Positions 49,682-59,127 are shown, counted from the stretch's first letter. The stretch is DNA of 64,000 bases from a virus (IMGVR_UViG_3300026484_000053:96001-160000); one strand, 5' to 3'. Program-made: numbers and translations. Notes: generated by a model not told the origin, from the sequence alone.

Positions 49682-49689
49682 TATTTATA
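49682..49689 (-). promoter_or_regulatory. T4-type late promoter
   Basis: Exact TATAAATA upstream of 49641. Confidence 0.75.
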
Positions 49690-49692
49690 AGA

Positions 49693-50133
49693 CTAGATAC
49701 CCTTTCTAATAAGTTCTTTGTCTTCTATGTTTATAAAGGCTCTTGTTTCATAACCTATTTCTTTGCTTGACATAACAGTACGTTCAGTGTCGCCATTCAT
49801 ATGAACTGTAACTACGTCCCATATTTGTAATTTTTTATCTCGTAATGAACATATACTTCTAGATGTATGTTTAGGTATACTTTGACCAGCTAGAACTATC
49901 ATTTCTTCAAATGTCCAGTACTCGTCATGTGGAGATTCTGCAGCAAATATTTTTTTACCGCTTGGTATTAATTGAAAGCACAAAGCTTTCAAATTATTAA
50001 ATTCTTGTTTATATACTTTTTTCCAAGTGATACCTTGGTTATGATTTTCAGTAATTAGTTTACCGTTTTTAGTGAATAGCATCCATCTGCATTTAGACAA
50101 GTTTATTTCTATTTCTTTGGATTTTTTAGTCAT
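49693..50133 (-). CDS. hypothetical protein
   Basis: 146-aa basic ORF with AAGGA RBS. Confidence 0.6.
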   Translation of the reverse strand: MTKKSKEIEINLSKCRWMLFTKNGKLITENHNQGITWKKVYKQEFNNLKALCFQLIPSGKKIFAAESPHDEYWTFEEMIVLAGQSIPKHTSRSICSLRDKKLQIWDVVTVHMNGDTERTVMSSKEIGYETRAFINIEDKELIRKGI

Positions 50134-50194
50134 TATATTCCTTTTAGAGATATTTATCCTATATTGTCTATTTGCTATGCCTGCTCTATATGCT

Positions 50195-50905
50195 CTATCC
50201 TAATCTATTTCTAATTTCCATTTTAACAGTTGCACTACCTGTAATTTTAAGCCTGTGGTTAAAATCTTCTTCATCTACAGTACGTTTATGTTCTGTTTCT
50301 ATAGTTTCTTCAGTATAGTCTGTGCTATCATCTGAATTTTCCCATTTTAGAACGCATGTGTCAGCTTCGTCGTCATCGTCTTCTCCATCTATAGGGGTTA
50401 TAGTGAATATTACCCTATAAACTGTACCTCCAAGGTCTGCTAAGTTGTAAACCTCTGCTTCATCTACGTCTATATACTCAAACTCTAAGAATGTTATTTT
50501 AACAGCATAAAGGTACGTTACAGTACAAAACCAGCCATCGTAGTTGTTTGTACCTAGTGATCCTACGTTTTCTTCAAAAGTAACTTGACCTACTACTTCC
50601 CAAACTTCTAAATCGTCAGGATTCTGGACTTGGACTTCTCGATTTATACAGCCACCTATCGGCCAATACTCGGTTGTTATTTTGCCGTCTTCAATAACTA
50701 AATCATGCTCTACCTTCATACGTGATATATTAGTTTCAGTAGGATCAGAACTGATTGTACTTTCTTCTAATGCCTTAATTCTACCCGTAAGAGTTTCTTC
50801 TGAACTGTCATCACTGTACAGACCAGCATTCTTCTGCATGTTTGTAACTGAAGTGCTAAGTTCGTTTAATTTAGCAGTTAGTTTACAAAGATAATCGTTA
50901 GCCAT
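50195..50905 (-). CDS. putative virion protein
   Basis: N-terminal coiled coil; YDGWFCTVTYLY motif shared with 54606..55439. Confidence 0.6.
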   Translation of the reverse strand: MANDYLCKLTAKLNELSTSVTNMQKNAGLYSDDSSEETLTGRIKALEESTISSDPTETNISRMKVEHDLVIEDGKITTEYWPIGGCINREVQVQNPDDLEVWEVVGQVTFEENVGSLGTNNYDGWFCTVTYLYAVKITFLEFEYIDVDEAEVYNLADLGGTVYRVIFTITPIDGEDDDDEADTCVLKWENSDDSTDYTEETIETEHKRTVDEEDFNHRLKITGSATVKMEIRNRLG

Positions 50906-51508
50906 CTATATAGTCCTTTCTCTGTATAGTTCCATCGCTACGCTTATAACTATATCTTTATTAGAAGTAGGCGATGTTAGAGATATTTTTAATACAAGTT
51001 CCTTAGGTATAAACGCTGCATCAGACGATTCCATAACCATACCTGTAGTGTTTGTACCTAAAAGATGTAGTTTATTAACGAATCTACTTACTGCAACGTC
51101 TACAGGTGCTATAATATGAGTACCTATCCAAGAATCGTCTGCTGATGGAGAAGCTGTTATATACTGAGCTTCTCCATCTACTGTTATAATACAGTTACCA
51201 CTATTAGTTTCACTCTTAAGTGGAGTGTTAGCAGGTAATATAAGTTCTAGTGATATGCTGTCTCCAGGTATTGCACTTAACCAAGTAACGTATCCATCTT
51301 TAATATAAACGTCATCTATAAACTTGCCAGTTACGAAAGTTTCGTCAAGACCATCTGCATTTATTATAAGAAACTTTTCACCTTCTCCAACCGTTTGATT
51401 AATTATGTCATCAGCTGCACCAGTTATATATAAGTACGTGTCGTCTTGTTTTGGTGATGTAAACACTTTAGGAGATCCATCACTGTATATGTTAGTTAGT
51501 TTTATCAT
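50906..51508 (-). CDS. putative virion protein
   Basis: 200-aa ORF with AAGGA RBS, beta-rich. Confidence 0.55.
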   Translation of the reverse strand: MIKLTNIYSDGSPKVFTSPKQDDTYLYITGAADDIINQTVGEGEKFLIINADGLDETFVTGKFIDDVYIKDGYVTWLSAIPGDSISLELILPANTPLKSETNSGNCIITVDGEAQYITASPSADDSWIGTHIIAPVDVAVSRFVNKLHLLGTNTTGMVMESSDAAFIPKELVLKISLTSPTSNKDIVISVAMELYRERTI

Positions 51509-51538
51509 TAGTATTCCTTTATATTCTTTTATATTCTT

Positions 51539-53842
51539 TTATATAGTTTCTTTTAGATATTCGTGTTTTACTTCTTCAGCTGTTGTATGAACATCCTTAT
51601 AAGTCATTTTTCTCATCTGATAATTAGATTCGTCCATCCATCTAGGTAACGTACCGTCAGGTAAAGCATTAATAAAAAACTTAGTTCCTCTATAATCGTC
51701 TCTATCATCAAAATCCATACCTTTAACTAAAGCTCCATTAATATAGAATTTTATTACACTACCGTCTGAGCATATGTCGATTTTATTCCATTCATACGTA
51801 AGAATTACTTTCTTAGAACTAACTGACTTCCTATTAAAATACACTTTAGCTACTTTGTTATCTACCTCTAGCGCTAACCAAGAACTCCAGTTATTATCTC
51901 CACTTCCTATGCTAAATATTCTTGACTCTTTATAGTTTCTAACATTAAGCCACAACGATATTGTAAATTCTCTAGCGTTATATCTGTCATCTGATTGAAG
52001 TTGAATTTTTTCTTTGTTTCTAACGTCTATTATGCCATCTGTAATAGAACAACTGTTACTTAAAGGACTTGGGTACATATTAGACGCTAACGTTTCGTGT
52101 ACTATATGATTTGTGTCTGAATTATCCTTTAATTCTCCAACTATATTTTCAAATTCTGACGAGCCAGGTTTTTTAACTAGGCATTTATACGAAGTTCCAC
52201 CAGAACCTTGGTAATGTCTGAATCTTAACTTATATGTCTTGCTAGAGTCTAGAAATTCCATCCCGGATTTCATAGCGTTTACGCCATGTCCACCATAATC
52301 TGCTACTATAACTTTGTTATCTATACTTAACTCTACTGCGTCGTCGCCTTGAAGTTCAAATTCATAATAACCATCTACAGAAGGGCAATATGTAGTCTGT
52401 ATAATAGTTATATAGTTTCTGTATGTCTTGAAATTGTTCCATTGTGTTAATTCAGAATTAACACCTTGTTGTACTTCATTAAACAAACAATTATTTTTAG
52501 TACCGTAAATTTTTTCAACACTGTCAAACTCAGCAAAATTGTCTATATGGTTAGTACCTCTTGTACCTGTGCTATAATATGACACCATACAACCAGGCAC
52601 AGTTGCACTTTCAGTGTTTTCTATTAGTAACTTTTCGTAAAGACCGGCTACCATACCTCCACTCATAGAATAATTAAATTCGTTAAGAGCATATATTTTA
52701 CCTCTAAGGCCGTAGTTAGAATTATATCTGTTATTACCGACTACCATAGAGTATCCGTAGTTTCGTATCTTAATAGCTCTATTAATAGTGCATACATACA
52801 GACCGTTTAAGTAAACAGTAATATGTTCTTTATCTCCGTTATATGTAATAATCAGATTGTTTACTACGCCTTCTCTTATTGTGCATATTTTAGTTGTACT
52901 TGAAGCAAAATTAAGATATAAGCTGCCATTACTAGCGTATAGATAATATTGCCCTAACTTGTATAGTATATATTGTATACTATGTTTGTCTGTTTGTTCA
53001 AAAATAATAGACATTGTAAACGGTTCTTCAGGATTGATACTTATACCTGGATCAAATTCTACGCTTGTTTTACCAGTAAACGAAGCGTCAATGTTATTCT
53101 CGAATCCTTTACATATACCAATACTCTTAGCTACAGTGTCTCTGACTTGTCCAGAAATTAAAGATAACGCGTCGTCAAATCTTGCACTAAAAAATAATCC
53201 TTTTTCAGTTTTGTCTTCTATAGGTACTTCAACTACACTGTCATCACTATAAATCTCTTGTAAGTATTGAGTTTTACTTTTTCTTTCGTTAACGTCGTAT
53301 AAACCATCCATCATTAACGTAGCGCTAACCGCTGTTACTGCTGTTATTCTAATTATTGGATCTTTAATTTGATTTTTAGCATCGAAATTAAATGTATTTA
53401 AAGAATGAACAGTTATTTTAGTCATTTTTGGTTCTATTATTTGAAATTCTATAGTACCAGATGCTGAAGTTATTACGACATTATCAAGAAATCCCTTAAA
53501 AATTATATCTTTAGTCTCTCCCCTAGTCATCGTAGCGCTTATGTTTTGGTAGTAATACATATTACTAGCTGCTGGAGCACTTCCGTCACCAGAATCTACA
53601 GTAACATTAGTTTGGGTTACCTTGTTATCAAGTATGTCAACGATTTTCTGAACAGAAGTCTCAGATACACCGTCTGCGTACATCATAGAAATGTTGCCAT
53701 CACTTATAGCTTTAACAATTTCATCTGTACCTTGTCTTAGCTGAGTAGCAGTACCCATATCTGAAATAGCCATCTCCTCGCCGCTATCTAAAGAAAGTCC
53801 CATCACGTCAAATTCTGCATCAGTTATGTTTTTAATAATCAT
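51539..53842 (-). CDS. LamG-PA14-LamG carbohydrate-binding protein
   Basis: DGYYEFELQGDDAVELSID...HG...RFRHYQGSGG (PA14); FTMSIIF/YLNG and FTISLW/FYING (LamG). Confidence 0.75.
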   Translation of the reverse strand: MIIKNITDAEFDVMGLSLDSGEEMAISDMGTATQLRQGTDEIVKAISDGNISMMYADGVSETSVQKIVDILDNKVTQTNVTVDSGDGSAPAASNMYYYQNISATMTRGETKDIIFKGFLDNVVITSASGTIEFQIIEPKMTKITVHSLNTFNFDAKNQIKDPIIRITAVTAVSATLMMDGLYDVNERKSKTQYLQEIYSDDSVVEVPIEDKTEKGLFFSARFDDALSLISGQVRDTVAKSIGICKGFENNIDASFTGKTSVEFDPGISINPEEPFTMSIIFEQTDKHSIQYILYKLGQYYLYASNGSLYLNFASSTTKICTIREGVVNNLIITYNGDKEHITVYLNGLYVCTINRAIKIRNYGYSMVVGNNRYNSNYGLRGKIYALNEFNYSMSGGMVAGLYEKLLIENTESATVPGCMVSYYSTGTRGTNHIDNFAEFDSVEKIYGTKNNCLFNEVQQGVNSELTQWNNFKTYRNYITIIQTTYCPSVDGYYEFELQGDDAVELSIDNKVIVADYGGHGVNAMKSGMEFLDSSKTYKLRFRHYQGSGGTSYKCLVKKPGSSEFENIVGELKDNSDTNHIVHETLASNMYPSPLSNSCSITDGIIDVRNKEKIQLQSDDRYNAREFTISLWLNVRNYKESRIFSIGSGDNNWSSWLALEVDNKVAKVYFNRKSVSSKKVILTYEWNKIDICSDGSVIKFYINGALVKGMDFDDRDDYRGTKFFINALPDGTLPRWMDESNYQMRKMTYKDVHTTAEEVKHEYLKETI

Positions 53843-53863
53843 TATTGTTCCTTATACTTATAT

Positions 53864-54526
53864 TTATTGAGGTGTATATATTTTTCTTAGTTCTAATATC
53901 AGTACAGGGTTATCTAGTTTAGTACTAAGAATTCTACCAGCTAACCATACACCTGACGATAAGTCTATATTTAATGAATCTGCGTAGAAGTAGTCAGTAG
54001 CAGTACTACCTAGGTTTACTGTAGCCAGTACGTCTACACCATCACTTATGTCTCGTATCTCCATAACTTCACCACTATTCTCGTCTGTAGTGTAGTATTC
54101 TGCTGCAACTAAGCAGTAGTCTTCATTGTCTTGTATTTTAAACGGTACCCTGTCACTTCTAATTTCCGGTATATAATTCATATACCTTCTTCTCTTACCA
54201 GTGCCATTCTCATAGAAGTTTATCTTTATGCTTTGATTAGCTAAGTATTTCTGCCTTGCCTCATCCCAGTAGTACGGTAACGATATAACTGTTAATCCTT
54301 CTACTGGATCATCTGCTTTAACTACTTTCCATTTTATCGTACCTGCATCGTCGTATGACTTTAGTATTGAGTTACCTTCTACTGGTACGGGTAGTAGTCC
54401 CTCTGGCGAGTGTTCGTTATTCGTATGCTCAGTAAATGCATCTTCCATTTCTTTCTGTGTAGCAACACCTTGCAGATTCAATTCCTCAACATACTCTCGT
54501 TTAACGCCTCTACTTCTTACAGCCAT
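53864..54526 (-). CDS. putative virion protein
   Basis: 220-aa ORF with AAGGA RBS in the structural block. Confidence 0.55.
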   Translation of the reverse strand: MAVRSRGVKREYVEELNLQGVATQKEMEDAFTEHTNNEHSPEGLLPVPVEGNSILKSYDDAGTIKWKVVKADDPVEGLTVISLPYYWDEARQKYLANQSIKINFYENGTGKRRRYMNYIPEIRSDRVPFKIQDNEDYCLVAAEYYTTDENSGEVMEIRDISDGVDVLATVNLGSTATDYFYADSLNIDLSSGVWLAGRILSTKLDNPVLILELRKIYTPQ

Positions 54527-54572
54527 CTTATTTCCTTATACAATCTATATCGTTTAAATAATTTATTTAAAG

Positions 54573-54600
54573 ATCTGGAGTTACGAAAGTAACTCCAGAT
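54573..54600 (-). terminator. strong hairpin / terminator after 54606..55439
   Basis: Perfect 12-bp stem ATCTGGAGTTAC-GAAA-GTAACTCCAGAT. Confidence 0.7.
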
Positions 54601-54605
54601 TGTTA

Positions 54606-55439
54606 CTACGCGTTGTATGCGTAAGTAACTGTAGCGTCAAGTCCGTCGTAATCGCCAGCATTATCAACTGCTAGTGTAACTTCTTTAGCGTCATCAACTG
54701 TACATTCTACTAAGTCAAACGTACCGTCACCATTGTTTATACTAGCAACACCTGTAAATATACAATTATCTAATGGTTGGTTAGTTAATGTAAACTTATC
54801 AGAAGAAACTGACTTAGTTTCATTTATAAACTTAGTACTTACTGTACTAACTGCGTCATCAACATAAGTTTTAATTGTAGCTCTATCAGATAACTTAGTA
54901 GTTTCTAATGTCCAATCAGCTTCAGTTGTAACGTCACCATCTCTTAATAAGTCAGCACTTTCAGTATTATCAATCTTATCGAAATCAGTACCTGCAGTTG
55001 CTCCAACTACTGTAGCATTAGCGTAGATAGTATCATTAACTTCCATTTCAAGGCCATCAATTGTCCCCGCTACTGTTACTTTGTATAACCAACCTTTAGT
55101 TACGTCAGCTGGTAGTGCTCCACTTGATGCATCAAATCCACCTTTATAAACAACTCCACCACTAAGTCCATCTAGTAAATCTTTTAACGATTTAACTGCC
55201 TTACTTGATGCAACGTTTGTTTCACTGTCTAAATCTAAATCATTACTGATACTAGTTTTGTCTATTTTTAAGTCGTTACCAACTTTGAATGCATTAGCAC
55301 CTATGAATTTATCATCAAATGCTGCTGTACCATCTACTGTAGTAACGTCAGTTACAATGTCATTCGCTCTGTGAATTCTATCATCTAGTTCTGTCTGTAA
55401 ACCTTTTACAAAGGCTACTCTTCTTTTAATTGCTGCCAT
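54606..55439 (-). CDS. putative fibre/decoration protein
   Basis: YKGGFDASSG...GWLYKVTVAG...VND.IY..DFDKIDN module typical of phage fibre proteins. Confidence 0.65.
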   Translation of the reverse strand: MAAIKRRVAFVKGLQTELDDRIHRANDIVTDVTTVDGTAAFDDKFIGANAFKVGNDLKIDKTSISNDLDLDSETNVASSKAVKSLKDLLDGLSGGVVYKGGFDASSGALPADVTKGWLYKVTVAGTIDGLEMEVNDTIYANATVVGATAGTDFDKIDNTESADLLRDGDVTTEADWTLETTKLSDRATIKTYVDDAVSTVSTKFINETKSVSSDKFTLTNQPLDNCIFTGVASINNGDGTFDLVECTVDDAKEVTLAVDNAGDYDGLDATVTYAYNA

Positions 55440-55537
55440 AATTTTTCTCCTATTATTTTAGTATATGCGCTCTGATTAACGCGAATCTTCTCCCTTTATC
55501 CAAAGCACATGCTCCCCACTCCAGGTATTTTATTATT

Positions 55538-56770
55538 TTATTTTTTCAGTTTTGCAGGTATTCTTATTTCAAAAGTAGTGCCCTTAGGTGTAGACTCAAC
55601 TATTTTAACATCGCCTTTTACTTCATTAAGCAAATACTTACTTAAATACATACCATTACCTCTAGTTTCGCCAACTCCTGCTTTAGTACTAAAATTAGCA
55701 TCGAATACTTTCTTCCATATATTTTTCTTTATACCATTACCGTTATCCATAAACCTAACTGTTAAATAGCCTTTATCAAAGTCTATAAAGGCTACATGTA
55801 TTCTGTTAGCGTTAGCCTCTATTGAGTTCTTAATATAGTTAATGAATATGCTCATTAAATCTGCGTTTTTCATCTTTTCAAGTCCATAATTAGCAAGTTC
55901 ACTATCAGTGGTAAACGTAAAGTTACTTTCTATAACAGACATTGTTTTAAATGAGCCTTTCATTATATTGGCAATTGACTTATTACCGTTACTGTATCTA
56001 AGATGCTTAAATCCTTTCATTTTTTCAAGGATGGCATATATTTGTTCAGATGAAGTTTTAATATACTCAAAATCTTCGTCAAGTTTTTTAAACGTATCGT
56101 ATCTTGTTATTCTGTCTTCACTAGCGTTGTCGAGAGCGTCGATACGTGCCTTTTCTTCTTTTAAAGTCTTTATCATAACGTTATGAACTTTCTCAATCTT
56201 GTTATCTATTACTTCTAATGGTGTATTTAGTTCATGATGTATGTTTTCTGTGATGTTTATCATTGTTTTGTTGGCTAGTAACGCTTCGTTACCAGATTGG
56301 CTTACTATATTTGATAGCTTCTCGTCTTTCATAATAATGATACTTATTATCATTAAGTAAAACAATAGAAAAGGTAGAGACAGCATAAATACGAATAACA
56401 ATTTTTCTTTTTGCGCTGCTACGTCAAAAGTTATAATGTATTGTGAACATCTAAAAAATAGCTCAAAAGTCTTGAAGTCAAAACCGTAGTCGTTATATTC
56501 TACGCTAGAAGATATATTAGAGCGTGTTATCCTTTTAAGCTCTTTCTTATCGTATATATACATTTTATCCTTAAAACTTATACTTTTACATTGAAATAGT
56601 TTACAAGTATCGTCAACGCTTATAGGATGACCTTGTTTTGCTGACATGTAAAGCATTTCTTGCTTTAATTCATTTATGTCGTAAATTTTTGACATAAAGA
56701 ATATAACACCAAAAGAAGCGAGAAGCATTATTAATGATCCAAGCATTCTTTCTATTATTTTAATTACCAT
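55538..56770 (-). CDS. membrane sensor histidine kinase
   Basis: Two TM helices; H-box ENIHHELNTPL; N-box NYIKNSIEA; G1 DNGNGI; F-box FDANFSTK; G2 RGNGMYLSK. Confidence 0.92.
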   Translation of the reverse strand: MVIKIIERMLGSLIMLLASFGVIFFMSKIYDINELKQEMLYMSAKQGHPISVDDTCKLFQCKSISFKDKMYIYDKKELKRITRSNISSSVEYNDYGFDFKTFELFFRCSQYIITFDVAAQKEKLLFVFMLSLPFLLFYLMIISIIIMKDEKLSNIVSQSGNEALLANKTMINITENIHHELNTPLEVIDNKIEKVHNVMIKTLKEEKARIDALDNASEDRITRYDTFKKLDEDFEYIKTSSEQIYAILEKMKGFKHLRYSNGNKSIANIMKGSFKTMSVIESNFTFTTDSELANYGLEKMKNADLMSIFINYIKNSIEANANRIHVAFIDFDKGYLTVRFMDNGNGIKKNIWKKVFDANFSTKAGVGETRGNGMYLSKYLLNEVKGDVKIVESTPKGTTFEIRIPAKLKK

Positions 56771-56791
56771 ATCTAGGCTCTGTTTAGTTAC

Positions 56792-57388
56792 TTAATAAAA
56801 TATTACAGAATAAAGAGCTGCTACTATAAAACTACCAACTATAGCAAATATAGCACTGTTAAAATACGTCATAGACTCGTCGTGTTGAGCACCTTGACCA
56901 AGAGTATATATGTTATCCTTAATCTTAAACTGTTTAAAAGAAACGTATTCTACACTCTCGTCAAACAGCCATTCAGTATTACCAGTCTTATCAGTCTGTG
57001 CAGATAAAAATTCATTAACAGCGTTAATACAAGTTTCAGGTTTTTTAAACAATTTACAAACACTTTCACTAGTCATGAATAACGCGTCAATATTGTTTAG
57101 TTTACAGTCAGTACTAGAATCCCATATTAACATTTTATCAAAATGTCTAATTACAAAAACATCACCAGTTATTCCCATACTTCTAGAACCTTTAGCACAA
57201 ACATCAAGAGCGTTTATAAAATTACGTTCGTCTTCCAGAGAACCAGGTATACCTTCTATACATACTTTTATGTTATGTATATTAAGTTCATTTTGTGATA
57301 CAGCTGTGTTTTTAACACTATATTGTAACGTGGAAATTGTAACATAACATAACGCTACTAAAATAATTATACCAGATATTTTCTTCAT
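56792..57388 (-). CDS. two-TM membrane protein with a Cys-rich extracytoplasmic domain
   Basis: N- and C-terminal hydrophobic helices; six Cys in the loop; directly upstream of the kinase. Confidence 0.7.
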   Translation of the reverse strand: MKKISGIIILVALCYVTISTLQYSVKNTAVSQNELNIHNIKVCIEGIPGSLEDERNFINALDVCAKGSRSMGITGDVFVIRHFDKMLIWDSSTDCKLNNIDALFMTSESVCKLFKKPETCINAVNEFLSAQTDKTGNTEWLFDESVEYVSFKQFKIKDNIYTLGQGAQHDESMTYFNSAIFAIVGSFIVAALYSVIFY

Positions 57389-57407
57389 ATTCTACCTCTG
57401 TTTTATG

Positions 57408-57423
57408 ATTATTTATAAATAAT
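57408..57423. promoter_or_regulatory. bidirectional T4-type late promoter
   Basis: Perfect palindrome ATTATTTATAAATAAT between divergent genes. Confidence 0.7.
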
Positions 57424-57443
57424 TATAAACTTAAGGATGTAGA

Positions 57444-57749
57444 ATGATTTACTGTATAGCTGAATTTGAAGCAAAAGAAGGACGAGCTGATGAGTTATTT
57501 AACGCTCTTAAGCAATTAGAAAAAGAAACCAGGGTAGAACAAGGGTGTATTCAGTATATCGTTATGCGGAAAATATTAAATAATTACGCTAAAGGAGATC
57601 ATAAAGGTATTATATTTAATGAAATATGGGAAACTGAACAAGATTTTAATGCGCATAATGAAAGTAATCATGTACAAAAATTCTTTAAAGAACAATGCTT
57701 AAACGAAAACGGATCTACATTATCTTGGAATGTTAACTGCTTCAGCTAA
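57444..57749 (+). CDS. antibiotic biosynthesis monooxygenase (ABM) family / putative quinol monooxygenase
   Basis: AEFEAKEG...TRVEQGCIQY...NEIWE...FNAHNESNHVQKF. Confidence 0.85.
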   Translation: MIYCIAEFEAKEGRADELFNALKQLEKETRVEQGCIQYIVMRKILNNYAKGDHKGIIFNEIWETEQDFNAHNESNHVQKFFKEQCLNENGSTLSWNVNCFS

Positions 57750-57775
57750 CAGAGCCTGTTAGGATTCTATATAGC

Positions 57776-58534
57776 TTACTGCTTTGAATCCTTGTGCCAA
57801 CCAAATTTAGTGCTTATAAACTTTCTTCTAGAATCCATGTCTAGCGACGTTTTATAAAGCACATACTTATTAATATTATCTCCATTCTTAGCATTAAAAC
57901 GATCAATTAAAATTTGGTTAGTTTTAATGTAAGGATTAAGATTATTTCCTGTGTAAAATAGGAAATTCACATCTGGGTTTTTATCAATCATGTCACAATA
58001 TATGTCAACACCATTTAATTTTAAATTGCCATCAGCGGTCATTGTACTTCCACCTATAGTAATATCTATTATAGCGTATTTAATGTTCAAATTATGCGTC
58101 TGTTGAAGAATTCTATATCTGAATGCAGCAAGCTTAGAGCTTATGCAAAGCACGTTAAAATCACTTAATTTTATTCTGCCCTCTTCATCAAAGTACTCTA
58201 AGTCATCTTTTAGAAATGAAACAACACCTTCATTGTCATCTATAAGTAATATAGTTTTCTTTCCTTCTTTAAATTCTTTGCCAAGTTTAAAATTCCATCT
58301 ACAACTCTTCCAACACTGTTTTGATGTACAAGACGCATCAAACTCACAGTCGTATTTACTTTCTTTGTCGTCTTTAAATAGCTGACTAGAAGTTGGTTTT
58401 TGGGTATTACGTTTCTTATCTATTAATGTTTTAGCAGTTTTAGCAGTTTTAGCAGTTTTTGATACCACTACACTTTTAATAGAAGTAATCCAGTCTTTAA
58501 TTGTTTTAAATGTTTTATAAACGTATTTCATCAT
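57776..58534 (-). CDS. response-regulator receiver-domain protein with a Cys-cluster N-terminal extension and no output domain
   Basis: ILLIDDNE, AIIDITI (phospho-Asp), FLFYTG, LYKT; CEFDASCTSKQCWKSC. Confidence 0.8.
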   Translation of the reverse strand: MMKYVYKTFKTIKDWITSIKSVVVSKTAKTAKTAKTLIDKKRNTQKPTSSQLFKDDKESKYDCEFDASCTSKQCWKSCRWNFKLGKEFKEGKKTILLIDDNEGVVSFLKDDLEYFDEEGRIKLSDFNVLCISSKLAAFRYRILQQTHNLNIKYAIIDITIGGSTMTADGNLKLNGVDIYCDMIDKNPDVNFLFYTGNNLNPYIKTNQILIDRFNAKNGDNINKYVLYKTSLDMDSRRKFISTKFGWHKDSKQ

Positions 58535-58548
58535 TTCTCCTTTATACT

Positions 58549-59007
58549 TTAAATTATGAATTTTCCAACAGCAGTTATAACTTTAATAAACGCGTCTGGT
58601 GCAAATATTGCAGCAGCAGCTAAAGTTATAATAGCAGCGTACATCATAAGAACTTTAACATCTTTTAGATTTTTAGCCTTATTGAGCACGGCACTAAACG
58701 AATTTTGATTAGTATTTGCTTGTGTTGTTTTAGATTTAATCATTTCCTTCACTATTTTTTCTTTCTGATCTATTAATTGGTTAAAAGAGTCTACAATAAT
58801 GTCACTAAACATTGATTGATTGGTTTCTAATTTATCGTTAATAAAGACTATGAATTGTATTAATTCTTGGTGTTCTGGATACTTACTAGTAAGTAAAATT
58901 AAAGAATTATGAAAATCTTGTGTACTAGAACCTATGATTTCAAGTTGGTTATTAAAATCATGTTTAAGTTCATGTAAAGACTTTTCTATATCTTTTAAAT
59001 TTTCCAT
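58549..59007 (-). CDS. coiled-coil protein with a C-terminal membrane anchor (holin-like topology, unproven)
   Basis: Helical N-terminus; LMMYAAIITLAAAAIFAP hydrophobic segment. Confidence 0.6.
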   Translation of the reverse strand: MENLKDIEKSLHELKHDFNNQLEIIGSSTQDFHNSLILLTSKYPEHQELIQFIVFINDKLETNQSMFSDIIVDSFNQLIDQKEKIVKEMIKSKTTQANTNQNSFSAVLNKAKNLKDVKVLMMYAAIITLAAAAIFAPDAFIKVITAVGKFII

Positions 59008-59072
59008 GCAAACTCCTTTATATTTTAGTATTATTTATCTACTAAGTTACACATATTCTGTTTTAATATAAA

Positions 59073-59095
59073 TTTAATCTAAATAATGTTATAAT
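59073..59095 (+). promoter_or_regulatory. host sigma70-type (early) promoter
   Basis: TTTAA-N9-TG-T-TATAAT. Confidence 0.7.
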
Positions 59096-59127
59096 GTATT
59101 ATAAACAAGACAAAATAAAGGTTAAAA

